Position numbers and translations under genes: made by a program
The notes under the pieces: generated by a model
Seen by the model: only the letters and a program-made list of their open reading frames with translations
The model's database searches: none
What the model was told of the DNA's origin: nothing
Shown: piece by piece, positions 9,108 to 20,200 of the stretch
Numbering within the stretch: position 1 is the stretch's first letter
Layout of the letters: every line of letters begins with the position of its first letter
Assembly (NCBI GenBank): GCA_963725865.1
Contig: CAVSAC010000010.1
Span: 992,001 to 1,056,000 of the forward strand
Origin: Candidatus Eiseniibacteriota bacterium
GTDB lineage: Bacteria; Eisenbacteria; RBG-16-71-46
Direction of reading: 5' to 3'
DNA: 64,000 bases

Positions 9108-10019
9108 CTAGCGATCCGGGATCGTGGCGACTTCCAGCCGCCGGCGGGTCTCGGCCACGTCGCCGTCCATCGCCACCACCAGCGCCCGGGCGTTCTCGAA
9201 GCGCAGCTCGGGGCGCAGCCAGTCCACGAACGCCACCTCGACGTCGCGTCCCACCAGCTCGCCGCTCCAGTCGATGAGATGCACCTCGAGGGTGCGCACC
9301 TGGCCCCCGAACGTCGGGCGCACGCCGATGCTCATCGCTCCCGGGCGCCACTCGGGCTCGCCCTCGATTCGAGACCACACCGCATAGATGCCATTTCGCG
9401 GCACCAGCTTCTCCTCGTGCAGACGCAGGTTCGCGGTGGGATAGCCCAGCGTGCGGCCGATCGCCTCGCCGGTCACCACCCGACCCACCAGGCCGTACGG
9501 CCGTCCCAGCCAGCGCGCGGCTTCCGCCACCTGCCCCTCGGCGAGCGCGGCCCGGATGCGCGTGCTGCTCACGACCTCTCCGTCGGCGGTCAGCAGCGGC
9601 ACCGCCTCGACCTCGAAGCCGCGCTCGCGCCCGATCGCGCGCAGGCGCTCGACGTTCCCCGCGCGCCTGCGCCCGAGCGCGAAGTTCTCCCCCACCACCA
9701 GCGCGCGAGGCGCGAGCGGTGCGACCAGGTGGCGGTCCACGAAGACCTCGGGCTCCAGCGCCGCCAGCTCGCGCGTGAACGGCAGCACCTCGAGTGCGGC
9801 GAATCCCATCGCGCGCAGCCGCTCGCGCTTCTCGGACAGCGGAGTGAGCGGCGGCAGCGGCTGGAAGGTCGGCGCGAGCACCACGTCCGGGTGCGGTTCG
9901 AACGACACCACGACCGCGCGCGCCGCGGCTTCGCGGGCACGCTCCAGCGCGCGGCCGAGGATGCTGCGGTGCCCCCGGTGCAGGCCGTCGAACACTCCGA
10001 TGGAGATCACGCTGCTCAC
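9108..10019 (-). CDS. ribF: Bifunctional riboflavin kinase/FAD synthetase
   Basis: GVFDGLHRGH, VSSTRIR, GRTLGYPTAN, GVRPTF, LRPE motifs. Confidence 0.96.
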   Translation of the reverse strand: MSSVISIGVFDGLHRGHRSILGRALERAREAAARAVVVSFEPHPDVVLAPTFQPLPPLTPLSEKRERLRAMGFAALEVLPFTRELAALEPEVFVDRHLVAPLAPRALVVGENFALGRRRAGNVERLRAIGRERGFEVEAVPLLTADGEVVSSTRIRAALAEGQVAEAARWLGRPYGLVGRVVTGEAIGRTLGYPTANLRLHEEKLVPRNGIYAVWSRIEGEPEWRPGAMSIGVRPTFGGQVRTLEVHLIDWSGELVGRDVEVAFVDWLRPELRFENARALVVAMDGDVAETRRRLEVATIPDR

Positions 10020-11005
10020 GCGCCCGCGACCCTCAGCGATGCGGAGGGTCCTTCACGACGCGCCCACGGGAAGACCACGTGCGGGCACGCGAGCGCGCTC
10101 CCGTCCGCCTGGGGCGCCGGCTCCAGTCCGCCCAGCGCGAGCGCCCGACCGGTCGCGTCCCGGAACACGACCGAGCGCACGCCGGCACCGATCGGCGCGT
10201 CGCCCGGCGCCACCGCGGGCCGGCGGCCGTAGCCGATCTCCGCGGCCGCCGCGGCATCGAGCACGACGTCAGGCCGCACGCGAGCCAGCGCCTCGTCGAG
10301 GTCGATACCGGCGCGCGCCCACAGCGTCGCGGAATCGATCGTGGAGAGTTCGCGCACGGTGGCCGCCCGCTCGAGCGCGAACGGCTCGCTGGCGAGCCGG
10401 CGCAGGCTCTTGAGCGCCGCGCCGGGTCCCAGCCGGGCGCCGAGGTCGTGCGCCAGCGTCCGCACGTAGGTGCCCGCGGAGCAGCGCACGCGGAACGTCG
10501 CCTCCGGAAGCGCGAACGCGAGCCACTCCCACGCGTCGACGTGGATCGGGCGCGCAGCGCGCTCGACGGTGATCCCGCGCCGCGCCAGCCGGTGGAGGCG
10601 CTGGCCGCCGACCTTGAGCGCCGACACCATCGGCGGCACCTGCTCGAGGTCCCCGACCATCGCGGCGGCCGCCGCCCGCAGCTCGGGCTCGCCGATCTCG
10701 ACCGGCCGCTCCTCCAGCACCTCGCCCTGCAGGTCCTGCGTCGAGGTGATCACCCCCAGGCGCAACGTGCCCTCGTAGGTCTTCGCGCCGCCCTGCCACA
10801 CGGGGATGCAGCGCGTCGCCGCGCCCACCGCGACCAGCAGGAGCCCGGTGGCCCCCGGATCGAGCGTGCCGAGATGCCCCGCGCCGGGCGCGTCGAGATG
10901 GCGGCGCACCAGCGCCACCACGTCGTGCGAGGTCACGCCCGCCGTCTTGTCCACGACCAGCAGGCCATGGCGCTCCGCGGCCACCGAGCCGCGTCCGTCG
11001 GCCAT
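10016..11005 (-). CDS. truB: tRNA pseudouridine(55) synthase
   Basis: DK..G.TSHDVV, GHLGTLDP, CSAGTYVRTL. Confidence 0.95.
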   Translation of the reverse strand: MADGRGSVAAERHGLLVVDKTAGVTSHDVVALVRRHLDAPGAGHLGTLDPGATGLLLVAVGAATRCIPVWQGGAKTYEGTLRLGVITSTQDLQGEVLEERPVEIGEPELRAAAAAMVGDLEQVPPMVSALKVGGQRLHRLARRGITVERAARPIHVDAWEWLAFALPEATFRVRCSAGTYVRTLAHDLGARLGPGAALKSLRRLASEPFALERAATVRELSTIDSATLWARAGIDLDEALARVRPDVVLDAAAAAEIGYGRRPAVAPGDAPIGAGVRSVVFRDATGRALALGGLEPAPQADGSALACPHVVFPWARREGPSASLRVAGA

Positions 11006-11382
11006 CAGGCGTCGTCCTCGCCGTCGCCGATGACCTCGCCATCCTGGAGACGGCGCAGCAGCTCGTCCACGCGCGCGCCGCGCTCGATCGAGTCGTCGAG
11101 CAGGAAGCGGATGTCCGGCATCTCGCGCAGGCCCATGCGCGGCGCCAGCTCGTGGCGGACGAAGCCCGCCGCGCTGGCGAGGGTCTGGAGCGTGCGCGCG
11201 CGCTCCTCGCCCTCGGCGAGGATGCTGACGTACACGCGCGCGAACGAGAGGTCGTGCGCGATCTCGACGTCGGTCACGCTCACCATGGTGCCGATCCGAG
11301 GGTCACGCATCTTGTTCTGGAGGATGTCGGCGATCTCGCGCTGCATCAGGTGCGCGACCCGCTCCGGACGGATCCTGGTCAT
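11005..11382 (-). CDS. rbfA: 30S ribosome-binding factor A
   Basis: RPERVA..DPRI..VSVTDVE..DLSFARVYVS..P.IRF..DDSIE. Confidence 0.95.
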   Translation of the reverse strand: MTRIRPERVAHLMQREIADILQNKMRDPRIGTMVSVTDVEIAHDLSFARVYVSILAEGEERARTLQTLASAAGFVRHELAPRMGLREMPDIRFLLDDSIERGARVDELLRRLQDGEVIGDGEDDA

Positions 11383-11660
11383 GTGATCTGCTCCTGCCAG
11401 TCGAGCAGTTCCGCGCCCGGCGCGGATTCGACCAGCGAACGGACGGTCTGCAGCAGCTCGGCGGCCTGTCCGTGATCCGCCGCGACCACCGCGACGCCGA
11501 GCGCCGCGCGCTGCCACAGGTCCTGGTGATCCACCTCCGCCACCGCCGCGAGCGCCCGCTGGCGGATGCGGTCCTTGAGGCTGCGGATCACGGAGCGCTT
11601 CTCCTTCAACGACGAGGCGCCCCGCACCAGCAGCTCGCAATACGCCGATCCCACGAACAT
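11379..11660 (-). CDS. DUF503 family protein (YlxP-like)
   Basis: SLKEKRSVI..AVAEVDHQDLWQRA; sits between infB and rbfA. Confidence 0.9.
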   Translation of the reverse strand: MFVGSAYCELLVRGASSLKEKRSVIRSLKDRIRQRALAAVAEVDHQDLWQRAALGVAVVAADHGQAAELLQTVRSLVESAPGAELLDWQEQIT

Positions 11661-11757
11661 GCGTGGAAGATAAGCGCTGGCCGCCCCCGACGCGAGCCCC
11701 GGCGCACCCGGCCGCCAGGGCGGCCACCGGGCTGGCCCCGGGCCCCGCCCGCACCGG

Positions 11758-14274
11758 CTAGAGCGTCCGCGCCACCTCCTCGATGGCGAACGTCTCGATG
11801 AGGTCCCCGGCCTTCAGGTCGTCGTGCCCCTCCAGCCCGATTCCGCACTCGAACCCGGACTGCACCTCGCGCACGTCGTCCTTGAAGCGCTTGAGGGACT
11901 CGATGCGACCGGTCCACACCACCTCGCCGTCGCGGCGCAGGCGCACCTTCGACGAGCGCACGATCGAGCCGGACATCACCATGCAGCCGGCGATCGAGCC
12001 CGACTTCGAGAGTCGGAACACCTGGCGCACCTCGGCGGAGCCGAGCACGACATCCTTCAGCTCGGGCTTCAGCAGGCCCTCGAGCGCCTGCTTCACCTCT
12101 TCGACCGCCTTGTAGATCACGTCGTAGATCCGGATCTCGACGTGTTCGCGGTCGGCGACCTCCCGCACGCGCGCATCGGGGCGGATGTGGAAGCCGACCA
12201 CGATCGCGCCCGAGGCCGCCGCCAGCATGACGTCCGACTCGGTGATCTGGCCGACCGCCTGCCGGACGACGTGGATCGACACCTCGGTGTTGCCCAGCTT
12301 CGAGAGCGACTCCGAGAGCGCCTCGACCGAGCCGTCCACGTCGCCCTTGATGATCAGGTTGAGCGTGTCGGTCTCGCCCTGCGTCATGCGCGAGTGGAAA
12401 TCGGTCAGCGAGATCGTCTTGCGCGCGGCGAACTCGTGCTCGCGGTGGAGCGCGGCCCGCTTCTGCGCCAGCTCGCGCGCCTCGTGCTCGTCCTCGAAGC
12501 AGACGAACGGATCGCCCGCGGCGGGCGCGCCATCCCAGCCCAGCACCTCGACCGGCGTGGAGGGCCCGGTCTCCTTCTGCGGGCGCTGGCGCTCGTCGAA
12601 CATCGCGCGCGCCCGTCCCCAGTGCTGCCCGGCGACGAACGCGTCTCCCACGCGCAGGGTGCCGTTCTGCACCAGCACGCTCGCGACGATGCCGCGTCCC
12701 TGCTCGATGCGGGCCTCGAGCACCACGCCCTTCGCGCGGCGCGTGGCATCCGCCTTGAGGTCGAGCAGCTCGGCCTGCAGCAGGATCATGTCGAGCAGCT
12801 TCTCGACGTTGGTGCCCTTCTTGGCGGAGATCTCGACGCACACCGTCTTGCCGCCGTACTCCTCGACGATCACGCCGTGTCCGGCCAGCTCCTGCTTCAC
12901 CAGCTCGGGCTTCGCCGCCGGCAGGTCGATCTTGTTGATCGCGACCACGATCGGGACCCCGGCCGCCTTGGCGTGGTCGATGGCCTCGACGGTCTGCGGC
13001 ATGACGCGGTCGTCCGCGGCCACCACCAGCACCACGATGTCGGTGACCTCGGCGCCGCGCGCACGCATGGCGGTGAACGCCTCGTGACCGGGCGTGTCGA
13101 GGAAGCAGATGCTCTTGCCGCCCGTCAACTCGACGTCGTACGCGCCGATGTGCTGCGTGATGCCACCCGACTCGCCCGCGATGACGTTGGTCTTGCGGAT
13201 GTGATCGAGCAGCGACGTCTTGCCATGGTCGACGTGCCCCATCACGGTGACGACGGGCGCGCGCGGCAGGACGTGCTCGCCGGCCTCGACCTCGGTCTCG
13301 GCCTCCTCCTCGACGTACTCCGACACGAACTCGATCTCGAAGCCGAACTCGTCGGCCACGGCCATCATCGAGTCTTTGTCGAGGCGCTTGTTGATGGTCG
13401 CCAGCATGCCCAGTCGCATCGAGGTGGCGATCACCTCCGCGGTCTTGACCTCCATCAGGTTCGCGAGCTCGCCGAGCGTGATGAATTCGGCGGCACGCAG
13501 GACCTTGCGATCCTCGGTCGTGACCTCGCTGCCGTCCTCGTCGCGCCGGCGATGACGGCGGCGCGCCTGGCCCTGGTCGAGGCTCGCGAGGGTCTTGCGG
13601 ACGCTCTCGAGCACCAGCTTCTCGTCGACGTTCTTCTTCTTCTTGCGATCACGTCGGCGGTTCTGCGGGCCCCCTCCACCGCCGGGACGGCCACCGCTCG
13701 GCGGCGCGTTGGGGCCGAAGCCGCGACCGGTCGGCGGCGGTCCACCGAAGCTCGGACGACCGCTCGGAGCGCCGCCGCCGTAGGACGGACGGCCGCCGGG
13801 ACCGGACGATCCGCCGCCGTAGGTGGGGCGACCGCCGGGAGACGACGGGCGATAGCTGGAGCCGCCCTGCGGACGGCTCGGCGGCGCGGACGGCGGTGCG
13901 GGCGGACGCGTCGGTGCCGCCGGCGTGGGCGGACGGAAGATGACCGCCGAACCGGCGGTCGCGGGCACCGAGGGATGCCGCTGCAGGTCGGGACGGGTGC
14001 GCGCGTGCTCGGCGGCGGCCTGGCGCTCGCGCTCCTCCTTCGCGCGCTTTTCATCCTGCTCGTGCTTGCGCGCCATCTCGTCCTTGACCGCGGTCCGGGA
14101 CTGCGCGAGCTCCGCCTGCACCTTCCCGACCGTCTCGGGCAGCAGGGTGCTCATGTGGTTCTTCACTTCGACGCCGAGGCGCTTGACGATCTGAAGGACC
14201 GCGTCGCTCGACATCCCGAGGTCCTTGGCGACCTCGTAGACGCGCAGCTTCTTCGGTCCGGCTGCTTTGGTCAC
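11758..14274 (-). CDS. infB: Translation initiation factor IF-2
   Basis: GHVDHGKT, DTPGHEAF, NKID; G/P-rich N-terminal linker. Confidence 0.98.
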   Translation of the reverse strand: MTKAAGPKKLRVYEVAKDLGMSSDAVLQIVKRLGVEVKNHMSTLLPETVGKVQAELAQSRTAVKDEMARKHEQDEKRAKEERERQAAAEHARTRPDLQRHPSVPATAGSAVIFRPPTPAAPTRPPAPPSAPPSRPQGGSSYRPSSPGGRPTYGGGSSGPGGRPSYGGGAPSGRPSFGGPPPTGRGFGPNAPPSGGRPGGGGGPQNRRRDRKKKKNVDEKLVLESVRKTLASLDQGQARRRHRRRDEDGSEVTTEDRKVLRAAEFITLGELANLMEVKTAEVIATSMRLGMLATINKRLDKDSMMAVADEFGFEIEFVSEYVEEEAETEVEAGEHVLPRAPVVTVMGHVDHGKTSLLDHIRKTNVIAGESGGITQHIGAYDVELTGGKSICFLDTPGHEAFTAMRARGAEVTDIVVLVVAADDRVMPQTVEAIDHAKAAGVPIVVAINKIDLPAAKPELVKQELAGHGVIVEEYGGKTVCVEISAKKGTNVEKLLDMILLQAELLDLKADATRRAKGVVLEARIEQGRGIVASVLVQNGTLRVGDAFVAGQHWGRARAMFDERQRPQKETGPSTPVEVLGWDGAPAAGDPFVCFEDEHEARELAQKRAALHREHEFAARKTISLTDFHSRMTQGETDTLNLIIKGDVDGSVEALSESLSKLGNTEVSIHVVRQAVGQITESDVMLAAASGAIVVGFHIRPDARVREVADREHVEIRIYDVIYKAVEEVKQALEGLLKPELKDVVLGSAEVRQVFRLSKSGSIAGCMVMSGSIVRSSKVRLRRDGEVVWTGRIESLKRFKDDVREVQSGFECGIGLEGHDDLKAGDLIETFAIEEVARTL

Positions 14275-15665
14275 GATTCACTCCCCCCGCTCGGGGTACC
14301 GCGATCGGCCGCTTCCGCGCCGACCTCGCCCTCGGGCACATCGGATGCCGCTGCTTCAGGCGCGGCCTCCATCTCCGGCGTGAACTCCATCTCGGCGGCC
14401 GCCTCCTCGGGCACCACCGGCGGGTGCGCGGCCAGATATTCCTGCGCGGTCGCGAGCACCTTCTCGGCCGTCTTCTCCCCGATCCCGGGAATCTCGATCA
14501 GCTTCTCGAGCGGCGTCGCGATGAGCTCCTGCGCGGTCTCGATGCCGGCGCTGATGAGCTTCTCGGTGGTCGCCTCGCCCAGCTCGAGCTTCTCGACCTC
14601 GACGCGGCTCGCGCGTTCGAGCTCCTGGCGCTTCTTCTCCTCGCTCTTCGAGACCAGATCGATCTTCCAGCCCGTCAGCCGCGCCGCCAGCCGGGCGTTC
14701 TGGCCGCCCTTGCCGATCGCGAGCGAGAGCTGGTCGTCGGCCACGACCACCAGCATGCGCTTGTCCGCCTCGTGCACGCGGACGTCCTGGACGCGTGCCG
14801 GGGACAGCGCGCGTGAGACGAACACGCTCGGGTCCGCGGACCACGGCACGATGTCGATGCGCTCGCCGCCCAACTCACGGACGATACTCTGCACGCGCGA
14901 GCCCTTGAGACCCACGCACGAACCCACCGCGTCGACCCGCGGGTCGGTCGAGAAGACCGAGATCTTCGAGCGCGCGCCCGCCTCGCGCGCGACCGCCTTG
15001 ATCTCGACGATGCTCTCGGCGATCTCGGGCACCTCCGCCTCGAACAGGCGCCGCAGGAAGTCCGGGTGGGTGCGCGACAGGATGACCTGGGGCCCCTTCG
15101 CCGACTTGTCCACGTTGATGACCACCGCGCGCACGTAATCGCCCTGGCGGTGGTAGGACCGCGGGATCTGCTCGCGCGCCGGCAGGAAACCCTCGGAATG
15201 GTCCAGCTTCACGATGACGTTGCCGCGATCGACCTGCTGCACGACGCCGCGCACCAGGATGCCGATCTTGTCGGCGTATTCCTTGAACACGCGATCCCGC
15301 TCGGCCTCGCGCACGCGCTGGATCAGCACCTGCTTCGCGGTCTGGATGGCGTTGCGGCCGAACTCCGCGATCGAGAGTGACGTCTCGAGCACGTCGCCCG
15401 GCTGGGCATCGGGCTTGATCCGGCGGGCGTCGGCGAGCGTGAGCTGGAACGCGGGGTCCTCGACCGGCTCGACCACGTGACGGCGCAGCACGCACGTGAT
15501 GGCTCCGGTCTCGTTCGAGAACTTGACCTCGACGTCCGCGGTGGCGCCGTACTTCTTGCGCACGGCGCTGGCGAGCCCGGCTTCGAGCGTCTCGATGAGC
15601 AGCGCACGATCCACGCTCTTCTCGCGCGTGATCTGGCTCAGCGCATCCAGGATTTCGTTGTTCAT
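14271..15665 (-). CDS. nusA: Transcription termination/antitermination factor NusA
   Basis: FGRNAIQTAKQ, AREAGARSK, LAIGKGGQNARLA; C-terminal HhH. Confidence 0.97.
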   Translation of the reverse strand: MNNEILDALSQITREKSVDRALLIETLEAGLASAVRKKYGATADVEVKFSNETGAITCVLRRHVVEPVEDPAFQLTLADARRIKPDAQPGDVLETSLSIAEFGRNAIQTAKQVLIQRVREAERDRVFKEYADKIGILVRGVVQQVDRGNVIVKLDHSEGFLPAREQIPRSYHRQGDYVRAVVINVDKSAKGPQVILSRTHPDFLRRLFEAEVPEIAESIVEIKAVAREAGARSKISVFSTDPRVDAVGSCVGLKGSRVQSIVRELGGERIDIVPWSADPSVFVSRALSPARVQDVRVHEADKRMLVVVADDQLSLAIGKGGQNARLAARLTGWKIDLVSKSEEKKRQELERASRVEVEKLELGEATTEKLISAGIETAQELIATPLEKLIEIPGIGEKTAEKVLATAQEYLAAHPPVVPEEAAAEMEFTPEMEAAPEAAASDVPEGEVGAEAADRGTPSGGSES

Positions 15666-16150
15666 CGAGACCCTCCCCGCGACCGCTTGCCGGCCCACGG
15701 ATCCACCACCAGCCGGACCGACTTCAGCTCCATCCAGTCGAACCAGTGCTCGTCCCCTTCGTCGATTCGCACGCCGATCCGCTCGCCCGTGGGCTCCAGC
15801 AACACGCCGTCGAACCGCCGGCGACCCGCGCGCGGTTCGTGCGCCAGCACCGACACGCGCTGGCCGGCGAACCGCTCGGCCGACTCGCGTGTGCGGATCG
15901 GGCGTTCCAGCCCGGGGGAGCTCACCTCGAGGTGAAAGCTTCCCGCGAGCAATTGATTCATGTCGAGGCAATCGGCCAGTCGGCGGCTGAACGACGCGCA
16001 GTCTCCGACCGTGACCCCCCCGGGCTTGTCGAGGAAGACCCGGACGATACGGTGCCGGCCCTGGACCGCGAACTCGACGTCGACCAGCTCGAGCCCTGCC
16101 TCCTCGGCAAGGGGCTGGGCCAGATGCCGAACCTCTTCTCGGACTTCCAT
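15662..16150 (-). CDS. rimP: Ribosome maturation factor RimP
   Basis: LEVSSPGLERP; first gene of the nusA-infB operon. Confidence 0.93.
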   Translation of the reverse strand: MEVREEVRHLAQPLAEEAGLELVDVEFAVQGRHRIVRVFLDKPGGVTVGDCASFSRRLADCLDMNQLLAGSFHLEVSSPGLERPIRTRESAERFAGQRVSVLAHEPRAGRRRFDGVLLEPTGERIGVRIDEGDEHWFDWMELKSVRLVVDPWAGKRSRGGSR

Positions 16151-16170
16151 TTCGCTCCGATGGGGACAAG

Positions 16171-16199
16171 AAAAGGAGTGGTCGCGCCTCCCCCACTCC
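16171..16199 (-). promoter_or_regulatory. rimP leader terminator-like hairpin
   Basis: GGAGTGG-loop-CCACTCC-TTTT between the promoter and rimP, matching the known rimP-leader architecture. Confidence 0.6.
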
Positions 16200-16207
16200 G
16201 ACCGCGC

Positions 16208-16236
16208 AATCTACCGAACGAGGACGGAATAGGCAA
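16208..16236 (-). promoter_or_regulatory. sigma70 promoter of the rimP-nusA-infB operon
   Basis: TTGCCT-17 nt-TAGATT. Confidence 0.6.
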
Positions 16237-16282
16237 GTACCGGCTCGGCGCGACGCCGGGCCGGCGGGGAGCGGCGGGAGGG

Positions 16283-17206
16283 TCAGCGTCCGCGGGCGAG
16301 CGGGCTGTCGTAGACCAGCCAGGCGGCCACGCGGGCGACTTCGGCCAGGCTGGCGGGCGAGACCTGATCAGGGCCGTCGGCGGCGGTGTGCCACGCCGGG
16401 AAGTCGAAGTCGATGATGTCGACGGTCGGTAACCCCGCCTCGATCAGCGGGATGTGGTCATCGGTCAGCGCGTAGAGCGGATCCGGATGGAAGCTCTTCG
16501 CGCCGGTCGAGCGGGCACCCTGGAGCACCAGGGCGACCAGGCTCGCGGCGCGCTGGGCGGAGACCACCTCGGGATGGATGGCGAGGTCGCGGTCTCCCAC
16601 CATGTCGAACAGGAAGCCGGCCCGCGGCCAATCGGCGCGCGGCCGATCGCCGAGGCGCCGGGCGTACCAGCTGGCGCCGCGCGAGAACTCCTCGGGGTGC
16701 GTGCTGCGTCCCATGTCCTCGCCATCGAAGAACACCAGCTCGACTGCGACCGGCGCCGGACGCTCGTGCAGCAGCTCGGCGATCTCCAGCAGCACCGCCA
16801 CGCCGGAGCCGCCGTCGTTCGCTCCCGGGATCGGCTCGCCGCGCCGTGTCGTGTCGGGATCCTGGTCCGCCCAAGGCCGGGTGTCCCAGTGCGCGCACAG
16901 CAGGATCCGACGGCCCGCCGGCGGACCGAAGCGCGCGATCAGGTTGGTGAGCACGAGCGGCCGCCCGAGCGTGGAATCGGGGAAGCGCTGCTCCTCGACC
17001 CGGGCACCCAGCCGCGTGAGCTCCGCGCTCAGCCACGCCCGGGTCGCCTCGTGCGCGGGCGTGCCCGGGACCCGGGGGCCCTGCTCCACCTGGTGCACCA
17101 CGCGGGCGTACATGCGGGCGCCGTCCACGGGCGGCGTGTGTGGCGCGCACGCGGCGGGCGCGGCGGCGAAGCAGGCCACGGCGAGGATGCGGAGCGCCGG
17201 TCTCAT
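16283..17206 (-). CDS. M28-family lipoprotein, glutaminyl-peptide cyclotransferase-like
   Basis: Lipobox-like PAAC; AHWDTRPWAD, GANDGGSG, FDGED, DMVG, DDH and WHT motifs. Confidence 0.8.
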   Translation of the reverse strand: MRPALRILAVACFAAAPAACAPHTPPVDGARMYARVVHQVEQGPRVPGTPAHEATRAWLSAELTRLGARVEEQRFPDSTLGRPLVLTNLIARFGPPAGRRILLCAHWDTRPWADQDPDTTRRGEPIPGANDGGSGVAVLLEIAELLHERPAPVAVELVFFDGEDMGRSTHPEEFSRGASWYARRLGDRPRADWPRAGFLFDMVGDRDLAIHPEVVSAQRAASLVALVLQGARSTGAKSFHPDPLYALTDDHIPLIEAGLPTVDIIDFDFPAWHTAADGPDQVSPASLAEVARVAAWLVYDSPLARGR

Positions 17207-20200
17207 CAGAACGTGAACTGCGCGCGCAACTCGACGGTGATCCCGCGGCGCATGATGTCCTGCGTGACGTTGTGGGTCTGCAGGTAGCCGAGCGCGGCGT
17301 TGCCGGTGACGTTGCTGCTGAACCCATACGAGCCGGTGCCGCGGACCGAGATGCGGCTCTCGTCGCGCGGGAACTGCGCGCGCTGGATCCGGCCGTTGAG
17401 CACGCGCCGCGTCGCCGACGTGGTCTTCTCATACGCGCTCGAGAGGCCGAGCGAGATGCTGGTGCGCACGAGGGTCTCGCGTCCGAGCACGTTCACCTTC
17501 TGGCCCTGCGTGTACGAGCGATTGAGGTTGAGATTGACGCTCGTGTTGCGGTCCTGCTGGCGCGTCTCGCCCAGCTGGTAGTTCCGGCGCTCGGTGTTGC
17601 GCGTGTCGACCTTGAGCTCGGCGCGCGTGCCGTTCTTGAGATCACCGTTGATGCCGATCAGCGGCTGCATCTGCCAGCCATCGGACGCCGTGATGATGTC
17701 GCCCGCCTGACGCTCCCAGGTCTGGGAGCGGTTGAGCGCGGTGCGCAGTCGCACGTTGTTGAGCAGGCGCGTGATGCGCAGGACAGTGGGGATGTTGCCA
17801 TATTCCACCTCGAAATCCGGGAAGCGCAGCGACGCCGAACTGGCGCGCACCGCGTTCGCCTCGCGCTGCTGGTCCGAGACTTCGGCGCGGGTCGATAGCG
17901 CCGCCCCGAAGCCGATGTCGATGCGATTGCGCATCTGCACGTTCCGCGTCAGCGTCTTCATGACCTGGTTGCCGAACTGCGGGAACACCCGATCGCCACC
18001 ATCGACGCCGAGGCCGGGATCCTCGGCGACGCCCAGCAGGTAGAACAAGCTGGGGGTGCCCGACAGCCGCGAGTAGCTGCTCGTGCGACTGACGGAGCCG
18101 TCGATCGAGACCTGGCCCAGCCGCGCGAACAGCCCGGTGACGCGGAACGGCGGCCGCGCGGGCGCGGGCGGCTTGTCGGGGGTCACCGTCGCGCCGGTGT
18201 CGCGCCGCGCCGGGACGACGGGCGGCGGCGGCGGCACGCGGGGGCCGCCGAGCTTGTCGAACGGCAGGTCCCACGACAGGCGCGCGCCCTGCCCGTTGCT
18301 GATCGCCCGGATCCCGAGGTCGCGCGACAACTCGGGTCCGTTGTTCTGGCTGTAGCTGGAGTTCCAGGACACGCGCGGCCGCAGCCAGTTGCCGCGCTGC
18401 ATCGTGTAACTGGCGTCCAGCCCCTGGGCCCACGACACCACGCGTCCGAAGTTGATGGAGCCGAGCATCCCGCCGTTCTCGAGCACGTCGCGGTCCAGCG
18501 AGAGGTTGCGGACCCCTTCGAAATGGTGGTGGAGCATGTCGAGCGGCCGCGTGTCCCCGCCGAACGCGACCATGGCCGAGCGCCCGTGCGTCGCGCTGCG
18601 CAGCAGCAGCGAATCGGACACGCCGCGCACCCGGTCCCACGTGCTGTCCACGCTCGACTGCATCGCGTAGTGCCAGTAGAGGCGTTCCGGCAACGGGTAG
18701 AGCTTCAGCTTCGTGCGCGGCAGCCCGAAATTGAACAGGTTGCGGGGTGCGATGTCCCAGTTGACGTTCTGGGTCTGGTTGGTGTGCTTGTTCAGCGAGG
18801 TCGGATTGCGCGCGTCCGCCCAGACCTGCGACATGTTCGCGCTGATGCCGCCCAGCGTGAGACGCAGGAGGGGATTGCTGCGCTCGCTCCAGGTCCGCGC
18901 GTACGACGCGCTCAGCGTGCGCGTGCTCGAGAAGCTCTCGCTGGCGTCCGCGAGGGCGCCGGTGCGCACCACGTCGTCGCCGGCGGTGAAGCGCGGCTTC
19001 ATCGAGGATCGCGAGTAGCCGAACGAGATCGGGAGCGAGATGCCGGTCCCTTCGAAGAACCGGTGCAGCTGCAGGGTGCTCCCGAGGTTGAGCTGGTTCT
19101 GGCTGCTGCCGCTGCCGCGGGTCTGCCCGACCGAGAGGAAGTCGGCGTCCTGGGTGTTGAGCGCGCCGTTGTACTGGATCAGGTTCGCGACGTTGCCGGT
19201 CACCGACATGCGGCCCGCCTTGCCGACGTCCTTCGCCACGTCGGTGGCGCGGAATTCGTCGATCCAGAGCTGCCCGCGGGGCCAGCGCTGGGCCGCGACC
19301 CCGTTGCCGTTGATGAGTCCCACCGAGATGCGTCGCAATCGGGTGAACGACGGCCGGCCCTTGATGACGTACCGCACCGTCCCGCTGCTGTCGTGGTAGA
19401 GGATCGGGTCGAACGCGGGGAAGCCCGTCTTGAGCTTCAGGTTCGACAGGTCGGTGAGCGGCAGCGAGACGCGGGCCCAGTTGACGCTGCCGAGCCTCGA
19501 GGAGGTCGGCACCGGGGCGCGGTACTCGTAGTAGTTGCGGCCCGTCTCGTCCGAGGCGAAGCGCACGAAGTACCACAGCGTGTCGCGCGCGGGATCGTAG
19601 TTCGGGATGTCGAAGCCGGTCACGTACCAGTCGAGCTTGCCGTAGCGGCTGTAGTTCTCGTCGACCGAGAAGTTCTTGTACGCCTCGAGCGTGTCGCCGA
19701 CGTCGAACTGGGTGAACTCGAGCGCCAGCGACTGCTCGCGCTCCTTCACGCCCTGGCTGCCGTTGCGTCGCTCCTTGGGATCGAACGGGGGCACGTACAC
19801 GTCGGCATTGTCGACCGAGTTCACAGTGTTGAGCGTCAGCGTGGTGCCCTTGCTGCTCACGTAGGCGGGCACCGCGCTGGCCTGCCAGCGGCTCCCCACG
19901 ATGTCGAGCCCGCCGAGCACCAGGAACGGGCGCACGACGTCGCGCTGCTTGTCGTCGACCCACAGCGGATCGGTGTTGGGATCGGGGTCGGGATCGATGA
20001 TGCCCTCGAGCCAGAGCCGCACGTGCCGCGTCAGCGCGAGGTTCGGGACGCCGAACGCCACACGCAGGTCGTCGTCGAGCGGGATGCGATAGCGCCGCCA
20101 GCCGTTGTCGGCGCCGACGTTCGGATTGCCGGCGAACGCCGAGTCCACGTCGGTGACGAGGTAGCGCGACGGGCTCTCCCCGAGATCGATCGTGTACTCG

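Noticed and set aside
11824..15138. Very long antisense or alternative-frame ORFs (also 6285-8825, 18523-21669, 26438-29644, 53811-57083)
   Set aside because: Expected shadow ORFs of high-GC coding sequence, with no recognisable domains.
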